A stretch of 64,000 nucleotides of DNA, taken from positions 988,004-1,052,003 of the forward strand of contig CAJINV010000012.1 of NCBI GenBank assembly GCA_905178155.1, in the 5' to 3' direction. Both the position numbers and the translations under genes were made by a program. The notes under the pieces were generated by a model. That model did not search any database and was not told the origin of the DNA. It was given only the letters and a program-made list of their open reading frames with translations. This DNA comes from Amoebophrya sp. A120 (Eukaryota; Protista; Dinoflagellata). Below, piece after piece: positions 38,992 to 51,500 of the stretch; positions within the stretch are counted from its first letter, which is position 1; the number at the start of each line of letters is the position of its first letter.

Positions 38992-41900
38992 TCACGCCGA
39001 AGATGGCCTTTTCCACGCGAAGTATCCCCGGTCGGTATCGCGACTGCTGCGGTTCCCATCGAACGCATAGGCGATCATCATGCGCGCCCAGAAGTGTCGC
39101 CCCAGGTCTATGGCGGAGTTCTCAACCGTTACACTCTCAACTGTTACAGGAGTCTGCAATGCAAGCACAGCAACAGTCAAAGGGGCAAGCTTGCTGCTTT
39201 CGCATGACAGATAATTTGGCACAGATTTATACGCTGTCTAGCCCTTCGGAAATTTGTCATCATGCGAAGCAGCTTGATTATCTTTATCCGGCGGTTTAAA
39301 CAAGTAGTTTATTTTGCACGACAAAAAATCTATGCAGCAGTTGAATGAGAGTGTAACCACGTTTGAGAACCCGTCCATAAGGTCCCGTCCGCTGTTCCAG
39401 TATAGCCGGTCTTGGCTGCCCGCCACGAGCCACTGATTCGTGTCGATGGTGTTCGGTCCCGTGAAAAAGTAGGCATTTGGCTTCAATACACAGAAGATCA
39501 AGGACGCGGTCTGCACATCCGCGAAGGGATTGAGCTGGTCGCCGTACCGCCCGAGCCCCGCATGTTCCAGGGAGGAGTAGGTGAACGCGAGATCGAACAG
39601 TTCGTGAAAAGCTGCATCTTCCTGATCCTGTTGATCTTGATCTGGTGGCTCAGCATGATTTGCTCTTATTTCCTCATCATCGCTTTCTCCATGTAGTTCC
39701 TTTCGTTGAAAAAACCCGAACTTTTTTCCCAGGTCCAAGAAGTGCAGAAACCGGAGTTTCGGGTTTCGACTGCAAAAATGTCTGGGTCTGGAAACTTGTG
39801 ACGCTAAAATGTGGATAATGGAAACACATCCGAATGCAGTCCAGCATGACAACTATCCAGGACGCTTTCTCATAGGTAGTCCGCATGAGAAACTGCGTTC
39901 TTCTTCTTGCATGACAAAGCTGGCTGCGACTTTTGCTGGTTATGCAACACAGATATCCCAGGAATGTAAAGCAAGCATTACATGTTCCAACCTTCCAGAC
40001 CCAGGCATATTTGCAATTCATATCGGGTGGCGGCGAACGACTTTCGGCTCGCGGTAGTCCACGGTGGTGACCTTTCTGGCGTTCATGCTATGCTATGTAA
40101 ATTTCCCGTACATGTACAAAATGCATGACAAATTTCGCTAACTTGCAGTGTCCAACTTGTCATGCTAGACTAGGATTGAAGGCAAGTTTTGTCATGCAGA
40201 GACTGCATTTGTTTTTGTACGTGTACCGGAAATTTACTGTGAATACATGCGGAGCAGGAACACCTCGATCCAGGGAATTTCGGACCCCAACACCAGGACG
40301 TGCTTGTCTTCGATCAGGTCTCTGTGCTTTTGGAAAAAATCGCGATGGAGTGCCGTGTATCAAATGCAAATATGTCTGGGTCTGGAAACTTGTAATGCTA
40401 AAAGTGAATGATAGACCTAGACGCACTGCAATACGCAGCTATGCATGACAAATTTTCTGGCTGCAATGTCTTACGTATTCCGCATGGCAAACTGCGTTTT
40501 TGCATGACAGGTAAGAGGGCCCTTTCGTGCCTATGCAACACAGATTCTCGAGTCATGCCAGACAAGCATGACAAACTTGCATTCTTCCAGACCCAGACAT
40601 TTTTGCATTTGATACCGTGTCTCCGTAGCTCGTGTAGATGCCAGTTTCCACGTCTTCTGCCCTCACGCTCACTTCCTTTTCGATGTGTTCCCTCTCCCAG
40701 CGAAAGTCATGCCGCTCGTTCCAACCCTTTTCGAATGATTTTTGCAATATCATACGGAAATAATGCGAGAACATATTCACATAAAAATCTCTTTTGCATA
40801 ATGCATATCACAAACAGCATGTTCATGGCTTTTCGCCAATGGCAGAGTTTGTCGTTGTTCCCTCTTAACCAATAATTTTGAATTCACTTTTGCATTGCAT
40901 ATGTGAAGATGACATGCTAGCTTTTTTCTACTGTATGATATGCGCGAAATAGACCGGCGGTGTGTGGATGACGGCGCGGCCGTTGATGGTGTACTCCTTT
41001 TCAAACACGAGAGGCACAAAGTCCACCGGTGGCCACAAAATGGGGGAAAAATCCAGCACGCCGGGGGACCTCGCCAGGGCCGGGCAATTGGGCCGGACCG
41101 TGCTCAACTTCTGCGCAAACACCAGGTCCGCAACTTCCGGCTCGGGAAGGGAGTGCTGGACGTTGTTGAAAGGGTGCAGCTTATTGGAGACAGATGGTTC
41201 AAGTTCATCTCCCTCGTTAGCAGGAGGAGTTGCTTCCACCTCAAGTAGGCTGGCAAGGGTGGTTGTGAGCTCCTCTGATGTCCTGGGTGTTGACATGATA
41301 GGTGTAGTACCAGCAGGACTACCCTCCTCCCCATACCGGATGGAGACCAAGTGTTGCATGCTGTCAATCCGTCTCGCGTTCTCCTCGACAATGCCATCGT
41401 TGCAGACGTCCTCTGTGTGTGCAATGCAAAGGTATCGCACTTCGCACCGCTACAACTAGTACGTTTGCGTAGTACCCGACTGCGGCCATCCTGCATGCCA
41501 GATCTCTACTTTATTCCGAAGCATTCCAATAATTCCACTTTTCAATTCGAGATGATTTGATCTTGATGGTGCATTTTTTCATTTATAGCTACAGTAAGTG
41601 CGATACTTTAATACTTCTGATGCATACTTCGCACCCTGTAGTCAAGTGCGGCTTCAATCTTGTGTAAAACAGATCCGCAACCTTCTGCATGAACAGCGTC
41701 GTGCGGTGCATCGCCTGCTTGAAAAACTGCGCCAACTGCTGGAGCTGAAGGTCGGTGGAGAGCAGCAGCTCGTCCCGCTTTTCGCGGAGGGAAACAAGAT
41801 CTTCTACTGTAAGAGCACCTTGTTGTAGTTCCGCAGTCCTGCTGCTCGTGAGATTCGAAAAAGTTTGTTCTCCATGATCTGAGAGAGATTTTTCTGCGTT

Positions 41901-44437
41901 GACGATCTGCCGGTTCACTTTTTCCAGTTCCACCACGCTCTTCCGGTGCTGCTTCCCGTACAGGTCAAAGAACTCCAAATACAGGTGTGTTTCCGGAATT
42001 CCGGCCGCAAGACCGCCGATCGGCTCGAGAAGCATCAGTTCCTTGTCCATCGTAGTGGACAGGTCTTGCTTGGTTAGCAGCTTCAATACCTTTTTCTTCC
42101 TGTTGTGTGTAGAAGAAGCAGTGCCTTTTACTACTATTTCTGCTTCTAGCTCTTCCGCGAGATGATGCAAGCCGCCTCCTTCTTCTGCCCGGTCGTCATC
42201 CACTTCGAGAAAGATATCCTGTGCAAAAACGTCTCCACCACAGGTTTGTCATGCAAATGCGCAATGATAGGAACATTTGTATTGCGCAGTTCCATCAGAG
42301 GCATTTCCAGTCGTGTTTTGGAACTTGTGGTGCTGCAAACAGGATGAGAGAGAAAGTGTCTTTCTTATACGGCTTCCCTTGCCAACCAGCACTACACTCC
42401 AGAGGAAAACTCGTCATGCACAGCTCCCAAAACTTGCAGATTTGTCTTTGTGTTGCTAGATTCCCAACTTGACTCCTGGGTGCGGACGTTTTTGCAGAGG
42501 ATAAAGGATCCGCTTGATTTTCTCGTACCAGACCCCCACTTGAGAGTGAAAGTCGCTTTTCAAGTGGAAAAAGGTTTGAGGATTATCTTTTTCAATACCA
42601 GTGGTCGACGAGGACGACACATCTACACCTTCTAGCTTCAGCAACTCCTCCTGCTTCGCGACGAGCGTCTGCCCGACGAAGAGCGCCGCGTTGGACAGGT
42701 AGTCGGAAACTTTGTGGCAAAAAAATCGCGCCAAGAGCCACAAGTTCCTGCGAGGGTTGCTGACGTGGTTTGATGAGGAAAACGGAAAATGATGTTGTTG
42801 TTGGGCATCTTCAACATCTGTTTTTGCTTGTTCTAGCCGCGCCTTGGAGCTGCCTCCAGCACCATCTTCTGCTCCTATAGAAGCGGACGAGGACGGTACC
42901 ACGAAGGTACTAGAGTTGTTACTCGTTCTCGTTCCGTCGCCTGATGTGGTGCTATCCGACATAAAAACGTCAATCGGAATGGCGTATGGATTGCAAATAT
43001 GTCTGGGTCTGGAATATTGTAATGCTAAAAGTGAATGATAGACGCACTGCAATACGCAGCTATGCATGGCAAATTTTTTTGGCTGCCATGTCTATCTTAC
43101 GTATTACGCATGGCAAACTGCGTTTTTGCATGACAGGTAAGAGGGCCTTTTCGTGCCTATGCAACACAGATTCTCGAGTCATGTCAGACAAGCATGACAA
43201 ACTTGCATTCTTCCAGACCCAGTCACTTTTGCACTTGATATGGGGTTCACCCCGTTCAAGTTCTTCCGATCTGCTTCGGCCAAACAGCCCCGAAATATGG
43301 CGTTCTCAACTGTTACATGGATTTGTGATGCAAGAATGGCAAAAGTCAAAGCAGGGAGGTTGCACCTGTAGCATTACAAATTCCGCACAGATTTAGGTGC
43401 TGTTTAGCCTTTCCAAAAGTTGTCATGCGAAGTAGCTTCACCTTGTGGTTGTGAGCTGAGTGTTGATGTTCGTTTTGCATTACAAAACACGCAACAGCTG
43501 AGAATGTAACAGTTGAGAACGCCATACGAAACCGCATCTTGCTGTGGACTTCGGACAGCTGTAGTAGATGGAGACAGTAGGTCATCGCACGAGGACAAAA
43601 GTGTTATTTCACTGTAAGGATCTTCGCAAAATTTTGATTTTTGCATCACAAATTTGCTCTACATGAACGAAGAAAAAAAAAAAAAGCGACGGTCCTAAGG
43701 GAAAAGAAACTACACGCCTGAAATCATTCACTGTCTTGCATGTGATCTTGCAGGACAAACACTTCACTTCTGTGTCAGGTTCTCTGCATGACAAGTTTAA
43801 TACTACAGTGAAACAGCTTTTTCGTGCGATATAGGTCGCGGACTCCCCGGTGCAGGACAGTTGCTGCTTTTTTTCCCATATGAACTGCAAAAGTGTAGTT
43901 GTACTCGAATGCAATTTGTCATGCGGATTTACCTGTACGAAAAAGATTTGTAGTGTGCATGACTGCAATAATTAGTACTACAAGTACGTCGATACTTTTG
44001 CAATGCGTATCCCAGTCTTTGGATTGATAGCAGCACACCTCCGCGGAGGGATACCGGGAATCCCAGCACTCGGCGTTCCCCGTCTCCCCGTAGACCTCGT
44101 GACAGCAGTCTTCATGCCGCGCATCTACGCGGTCGAAGCACAGTTTCCTTCCCCGGTAAAAGATCACCGACTCCTGCTCTCGGGGCGGTAGGGAGGGGAA
44201 GACGGTCCCTGTCGCGGCGTTTTGGCACAACGTAGTTCTGTAAACAAGTACTAAACTGACGCCGACCACGCGGCACGACAAGCGCACGGCGACACTGCGT
44301 GACGTCGAGGAGCACTTGTTTTTGTTTATTCTTGCGGCCCGCCCGCTTAGGAGACGACCGATCGCGTGCACGGTGTCGTGCCTGGTGTTCCAGCGCTCCT
44401 TCCGCGACCACAAGCTCTTCGCCACCTCGTCCGCCAT
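38992..44437 (-). CDS. Protein with C-terminal DUF268-like (SAM-methyltransferase-fold) domain and N-terminal Cys-rich region; 11 introner introns
   Basis: HVLVLGSEIPWIEVFLLRM|NARKVTTVDY and FDLAFTYSSLEHAGLGRYGDQLNPFAD...CVLKP resemble DUF268 motifs; all 11 junctions stay in frame with element +5 removal. Confidence 0.8.
39109..39379. mobile_element. Introner, family D
   Basis: Family D TIRs; perfect DR aggtc. Confidence 0.93.
39764..40022. mobile_element. Introner, family A (left end TTT)
   Basis: Family A TIRs; perfect DR tcggg. Confidence 0.92.
40089..40245. mobile_element. Introner, family I
   Basis: tatgctatgtaaatttcccgtacatgtacaaaa ... ttttgtacgtgtaccggaaatttactgtgaata; perfect DR catgc. 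Confidence 0.93.
40358..40614. mobile_element. Introner, family A (young subfamily)
   Basis: Perfect DR ccgtg; near-identical to 42985-43240 and 49631-49887. Confidence 0.95.
40748..40940. mobile_element. Introner, family J (short TIR)
   Basis: tatcatac ... gtatgata; DR tgcaa/tgcgc; in-frame join FAQ|KSF. Confidence 0.8.
41418..41626. mobile_element. Introner, family B, degenerate
   Basis: tgtgcaatgcaaaggtatcgcact ... agtgcgatacttta...tgcata; in-frame join GCE|EDV. Confidence 0.75.
42215..42503. mobile_element. Introner, family C
   Basis: Family C TIRs; DR aaaga/aagga. Confidence 0.9.
42985..43240. mobile_element. Introner, family A (young subfamily)
   Basis: Family A TIRs; DR tggcg/tgggg. 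Confidence 0.93.
43296..43526. mobile_element. Introner, family D
   Basis: tatggcgttctcaactgttacat ... atgtaacagttgagaacgccata; perfect DR cgaaa. Confidence 0.95.
43583..43831. mobile_element. Introner, family E-like (left end CAT)
   Basis: catcgcacga...tttcactgta ... tacagtgaaa...tcgtgcgata; perfect DR taggt. Confidence 0.88.
43879..44009. mobile_element. Introner, family B
   Basis: tatgaactgcaaaagt ... acttttgcaatgcgta; perfect DR tccca. Confidence 0.92.
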
Positions 44438-45089
44438 GCTCTACTGAAGAACTACCAGCAGTTCTATTTAGCAGGAGGGACGAAGTAGAACAAGCGGTTC
44501 CCGTGTAAAGCGAAAACGTCGCGGTGCAAAAAGAAAACGCTCTAAGTGACCCGGGACCAAGTTTTTCATGCGAGGAGGACATCTTCTGGTGCGCGACTCT
44601 TCGACTTGGAGAAAAAACAACAATGAGAACAAAGAATCATGCAGCGCAGAGAAAGAGATGTGGTAGGGGGTGCGTGGGGCGCAAGAACCAGTAGAATTTT
44701 CTATTTCTTCCTTTGTACTACACCAGATCACATTCACACTTGATCAAGAATCGATCATATGATCATTTTGTCTTTGCGAACAAGGTAGTTCATCAAAAAA
44801 ATAACAAATGACGCATTGTAGCAGATTTTCACCGTGCGCAAGTCAGGTACTTATGCAAAGAGATAGACGGCCGCAAGACCTCCACACGGGAGGAACACAC
44901 GGAGGGAGAAGGAAGCATAAGAAGGGACAAGAACGACCCTGCGCTGGAGCCACTTGTTTTTTTTTCTCGGACGCACATTACAAAGCAGGGGACCAACACG
45001 AATATGCTCAGCATTGATCATCCCAACAAATCTTCGATCTTCAGTGAAGACACCAGGACATTTGGATTTGCATCTTATCATCTTCATCG

Positions 45090-47937
45090 TCATCCCCCCA
45101 AAGACAACCCCGGTAAATGGCTCGCCAGCGCGTGATTCCTCGGCAGTTCTGGTTTTAAACTTCCCATTGCCGCCCGGGCCGCGTCCGATGTCAACAGATT
45201 TTTGCTGTTCCCGTTGGTTTTGCTCAACGCGGCGGAGAGTCTGTATCGCGGATCTTTCGCCAACCGTTCCTCGAAGTAGCCGTGGACGTCCGCGACTTGA
45301 TTCCGGCAAATCGTGGACTTCGGATCGAAGTATTTGAATTCTGCGATCCTGTTCCGGGTCAACCGTTCCGGATCGACAGGCGCCTCGACCTTCAGCTTGT
45401 CCAGCAGCCTCAGCCGGTTCTGCTCCGCTTTTTCTTTCTCCGCGAGAAGTTGCTGCTCCACTCTTTGTTTCTCGTCGAACTTCAGCCTCTCCTTCGTATC
45501 CCTCAACTTCTTCCGCTCCGCATTCATCTGGTCCTGTTTCAAGTAGGAAACGTAGTCATCCAGCTCCCTTCTCTGCGCAGCTTCTCTCTGCTCCTCGCGG
45601 AGCTGTCTTTTCCGGTCCTGGATTTCGAAAAGCTTTTCCTTTTGCTGCAACTTTTCGTGGAGCGATTTCTCCGACTGCTCCGCTAGCGCTTGCGTTTCGT
45701 CGGTCAAAAAATCAAGCTTCAGCATGCTGTCGTTGTTTTTGTAATCGGAGGACGGTCTCTTTCCATTTATTCCTGTCGTACAAGTAGAACTAAAGGTCGT
45801 CGCGTTTTTTTTCAGTTTCGCCGACACCTCTTGATTTTTTTTCGAGATGATCTGCTGTCGTTGTTTCATTATTCGCTGCTGTTTTTTCAGTGTAGAAAAG
45901 TCCGTTTCGAAGCGCTGCTCCTCTTTGGTTTCCAAACTTCTGAATTCCTTCTGACACTCCAGCAAAACTTGCTTCCGCTTCTTTCGGTAATTCTTGTAAG
46001 CGATACTTATTTGCTCTTTACTGAACTTTTTCTGCTCGAGTAGTCGCCGCAGTTGCAAGGCTGGATCGACGGTCGTCGTGATGTTGAGGGGCGGCTGGTG
46101 CTGGAGGGTCGCTTTATTTATCTTAGACTGCTGCGAACAAGACGACCACGCGGTCGCGTTAGCCCGCGGGCGGGAGGACACCGGTTTGGCGTGCGTCGGG
46201 GTAGTCGTGCTGGTGGTCATATTTTCGTTATTTCTATGTTGCGCGCTGACGGGGCGGCTGCGAGATGAAACAGCAGTGCTCGAGGTCGTGGTCGTGCCCG
46301 CTGTATTGCTACCGACAGGTAGCTTGGCATTTATTTTGCAGTTCTGGTTATTGGGTAAGTAGAACATCGCATGACGAGCATCCTCGTGGTTCTCTACTCC
46401 CACTGCGACTGCCTCGGGACGAGGTGTCGTTCTTACGAGCTGCTCCTGTAGCAAGTTGATCTCTAGTTCAACTTGGTTCAACTGGCTGCGTTTCTTCTCC
46501 ACCTCCGCTTCGTATTCCTTTTGCAACGCGTCCGTCTTCTGCAGGTATCTCCGCTGCAACTTGTAGAAATCTGGTGGTAAAAATGGTACCAGATCGGCTC
46601 GCTCGCGGTGCTGAAGATGTTGTTCTTGAAGATGCGCGGCCGGCCTGTGGTCGCCCGAAGATGTTGACGTAGCCATTTCCACGTCAGGGTCCCCAGCGGG
46701 AGTGGTGTGACTGGTCCTCGTGTCAACGGCATCACCTCCAACTCCTGCGCAACACGAAGAAAGAACTTGTTCTGCTTGCGATGACAGTGGTCCCTCTGCA
46801 GCAGCTTCGTTCTCGTTCTTGCTGTCATCAGCGTGATTTACTTTGTTCCCGCTCCTGCTGGCGCTGTCAAACTGATTCAGAAACTCCTCTTCGTCGAAGC
46901 TCAAATCTTCCAGCGAACCGCCCGCCTGGTTATTGTTGCTGTTCATCATTCCGTCCGCACAGCAAGTCCCGGCGGTCTCAAACCCGAATTGTTGGATCAC
47001 CCACTGCCTCACTTTTTTCACCAAATTTTCCCGATCCGCAGTGATAGTTTCACACTGGCTTTCGCACAACCGCATGCCCACCTCGTTCTTCGCTTGCAGC
47101 TCCCGGCAAAATTCGAGGAGGAGCGACAGGTGGGAGGAAGCTGCATTATGTTCTACTTGTTGATCCGTCATTGTGTTGTAATTCATGCTGTTCCGCTTTA
47201 GCAAAGTGATGTCGCTCCAGATAGTACTACTAGCTGCGGTCGTCGTGGAACTCGATGATATTGCTATTGGGCTCCTGCCATTTGTCGGCGTAGTGCTCGT
47301 GCTAGTGCTCATCTTCTCGTTCTCCAATTCCACCCCTGCTGCTGCTCCTGCATAGTAGTTGTTCTCAGGCCCAGCTCCACGTCCACCCTCGGTGGTCGGC
47401 ATAATCACCAGTCTATCTTGCAGTTCGAGTTCCTCGAGAGGAGGAGCTGCGGAGTTAGTACTCAGCAGAAGCTCCTGCTCCTGCAACGCAAACTCGTCCA
47501 GTTCTTGCGATAACTCGCGCTCTTGTTTCCTCCACTCCTGCCAGTTCCGAAGCCACTCTTCACGGTTCTGCTATGGCGTTCTCAGCGGTTGCATTCTCAA
47601 CTGTTGCGTGAATTTGTGATGCAAGAATGGCAAAAGTGAAAGGAGGAAGATTGCGCCTTTTGCATTACAGATTTCGGACGGATTGTGGTGCTATTTAGCG
47701 CGCCAAGAGGTTGTCATGCGAAGAAGGCTTGATCGTGTGAAGAGTGATAGTGTTTTTGCATGACAAACAATGTAACAGTTGAGAATGTCACGTTTGAGAG
47801 TCCCATATCTGCCGCACCGAGGTTTTCAGAATCTGCTCCTTTGCCTGTTTCGTAATCTTCAAGACCTTCTCCTCCGCGGCGGCGCTACGCTGCTTGCACG
47901 CCTCCAGAGAAAAACGGTTCTTCATGCGAGCGGACAT
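45090..47937 (-). CDS. Coiled-coil protein, CCDC148-like; 2 exons
   Basis: 798-aa ORF extended in frame to ATG 47937 across element 47572-47807; C-terminal VEAPVDPERL...GYFEERLAKDPRYRLSAAL recalls the CCDC148 C-terminus (recognised from memory, not searched). Confidence 0.6.
47572..47807. mobile_element. Introner, family D
   Basis: Family D TIRs; perfect DR tctgc. Confidence 0.93.
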
Positions 47938-48576
47938 GATTTATTAGTGTGAAGAAGCAGCTTTTCTTTCTTCTGTCACTGAAACTGTCAGTACCGAAAG
48001 AAGAATTTGCTTATGAAAGGAACAAGATGAGGAGTCGCTATTACGACACTGCAAGAAGTAGTGCCTGGCAGCTTCAAAAGCGCATTCTTACCCACTCACG
48101 AAAGCAACTCGAACGAGGAGACACGGACGAAAAAAGGTGCCGAAAAAATGGGGTCCGGGTCGCTCAATTTGAAACCACTACACGAGCAAAATTTGTTTTT
48201 GGCCCTCAGCAACAGCAGGAACTACTCTCAACAACTTTGTCGACTTCTTGTCGAGGACTTCAAAAAGAAAAAAGTAGGCTCCACTACCAAGAATATGGGT
48301 GCTGCATCAAGCGCTGTTTTGGACGAAAAAGTGCTGACCTCTTAGTCCAGCGGGCTCTTGCTGCTCCCCAGGATGATGAACAAAAGGGGCCACAGTGTTT
48401 TCCACCAGCTTGTAGAAGTCCCTTCCTGCGGTGAAAAAATCATTCAGAGTGATAGAGATAAGTAACAGTGAAAATCCTTTGCGTGGTTGTAAAGGGTGGT
48501 GCAGTGCAGGTGCATGTTCTTTACTTGACTGAGTTATAGATACGAAATAAAAATCCTCGTGCTAGTAGTATAAAAA

Positions 48577-51500
48577 TCATCTCGATAGCGGATTCAGCCT
48601 GGATTTCATGGCTTCCCAACCCCCTTTCATCAATGCTTTGTGAATCGCCTCGTCCCGCAAAGTGTCCCTCAATAACTGCCGGAAATTGTCGTTGATCTTT
48701 TCATCCTGCCAAATGTCCAGTGCAAAAGCATCGCACTCGTAGTAATTCTCGCAGTCATGCATCACAAATCTGGTTATCACGGTAAATCCGCATTACAAAT
48801 CGAATTTGTTGTAATGTTGCTGAGCCAATTTGTATTGCAAGCTGTACTAGTACGATACTTATTTTTGCAATGCATACCGTATTTCCTTAATCAGTTGCTT
48901 CACCTCTTCAAACGATCCTGCCAACGCTATCATATGTAAAAACGTCCCCACCCAGAGCTGTCTTCATGCAAATGTACAATGACAGGAACATTTGTAATGC
49001 GCTTCTCCATGAGAGGCACTTCCATTCGTGTTTTTGCATTTGTAATGCTTTAAACAGCATGAGAGAGTGGCTTTCTAATGCGGCTTTCCTTGCTAGCCAG
49101 AACTACACTGCAGATCGAAACTTCTCATGCAGAACTCCCGAAACTTCGGGATTTGTGTTGCAGACTTCCCATCTTGACCATGCTGTGGGGACGTTTTACC
49201 ATAGGATAAATGCTGCCGCCGCGAAATCCCCGTCGCCAAGTAAGTTTAAAACGTACGTGAAAAACTCGTCGAGCACAATACTGGACTGCTTGTTCTGTGG
49301 GTCTTGCGCAGCTAATGTTTGAGATATGCACTGCAAAAGTATCGCACTCGTACTAATCGCACTCATGCAATACAAATTTTTTTCTCAAACCAAATCCGCA
49401 TCACAAATTTCATTTCTCATGGAGCAAATTTGTCATGCGATTTATACTGTCTATACTAGAAGTACGACGCCTTTGCATTGCATATGAGAAGTTGTACCAC
49501 TACCATCCGGATTTCTTTCCCCCGCGATCGGTGTGACCGCCGGCGTGGTCGCCGATGCACGCAGGTTGAAACCCTGCCGCAAACCCTCCACGATCGCGAT
49601 TACCATCCCGCGGGACATCTTGCTGCGCATTATCAACTGTAAAAATGTCTGGGTCTGGAAACTTGTAATGCTGAAAGTGAAAAATGATAGACGCACTGCA
49701 ATACGCAGCGATGCATGACAAATTTTTTGGCTGCTATGTCTTACGTATTCCGCATGGCAAACTGCGTTTTTGCATGACAGGTAAGAGGTGGGCCTTTTCG
49801 TGCCTATGCAACACAGATTCTCGAGTCATGCCAGACAAGCATGACAAACTTGCATTCTTCCAGACCCAGACATTTTTACAATCCATACGCATCTCCGTAC
49901 TGTTAAATGCCTGCACGAAAACGGACGAAACCTCGCCCGCCAGTGTGAACTCCTTCGGGGGCTTTATCCCAAGGAAAAACGTCCCCAGCCGCCCTATAGC
50001 TGTCATGCAAATCTGAATCCTTAAAATGTGGCTTCTCATGCGAAGCGGCGGCCCCATAGAAGCAATTTTTAGTTCCGTTTTGGAATTTGTGATGCTCGAT
50101 TTAGCACGGCTATATGCTAGATCTGTGACGCTGCTGAACTGCTTTTGCACAGGATTACACTACGAGGCCAGCCTTCATGTCATGCGTAGCTACAACCAAA
50201 GCCGGTTGATTTGTCTCGCAGACTTTCCAGCTTCGCTTTGGGGTGGGGACATTTCTGATACACAGGATATCCTTATTGCGGTCATCATTTATCTTCCTGT
50301 CTTGCGCTTGCTGCGACGCGGAACCCGAGCCGACTGACGACGAAGATCTCAGCACTTTGTCCGCCCTTTTCGCGAACTCTTTACCTCTTTGTTCATCTTC
50401 TTCGCGTCGCGGTAGTGGAGCTGCTGTATCGTCTTTATCAGTGTCAAAGTCTTCGTAGAGAAGTTCGGTCGACGGCAAGGGGGAAAGCGCCCTCGTTCCT
50501 TGTTGCTCGTGCATGATTTTGCTCGTCGAAGCGCCGCTGCTATTCGTCTTGTACCCTGTTATCCTGTCCTTCACTGACGGACTGGCCGGGATGCTTTTGG
50601 ACCCCGGGCGCGACCACTCCTCTGCAACCTCGTCGTCATTCGCCGAGCTGTCCGAGGAGCGTGTGGGGTAGTTCTGCAGCTGGTTAGAAGTATTAGACTG
50701 GTCGGGCGGAAGATTTTCATTTTCACCGCCGGCCTGTTCATCCACCTCGTCCGCAAGTAGTGCCGCCCCAAGGCCAGACGAGGAGGAAGACGACGTGCGT
50801 AGCAAGCACTTTCCCTTCCACTCATCTGTTTCCATATACCGCAATTTCGCCTCCAGCACCACGCCGACGAAGTAATTCTTCACTCTCTTATGAACTGCAA
50901 AAGTATCGTACTCGTTGTATAATAAATGCAATACAAATTTCCTCAGCATGAGGAATAAAATTTGTAAAGCTGATCTACCTCAAGAAAAAGATTTGTAACG
51001 CATGATTGCAATACGAGTTTACGATACTTTTGCACAGGATATCTCTCTTCTATCAGCAAGTTCTCCTCCTTGCTGGGCTCTTGGATTTCGCTCCGGATCA
51101 TCCCAACTAATTCTTTGATAAACTCCTCCGTGCCAAACATGTTTGTGATTGTCGTCGCGAGTCTTCCCTCCGCCGCTTGGGGAAGAATCAAATTCCCCAC
51201 AGACCGCTGTCTTATCCTGAGTAAAAACGTCCCCACACCAGAGTTGTCATGCAGATTTGCCATGACAGGAACATTTGTGATGCGCAACCCCATAACAGGC
51301 ATTTTCAATTGTGTTCGGGAACTTGTAATGCTGTAAACAGGATCAGCAGATGGATTTGTGATGCGGCTTTCCTTGCTAACTTGCACTACCTTACGGACCG
51401 AAATTTGTCATGCGTGACTCCCAAAACTCCTAGGTTTGTGTTGCAAAGTCCCCATCTTGACTCTGGTGTGGGGACGTTTTTAATCAGGATATGTCTGTCC

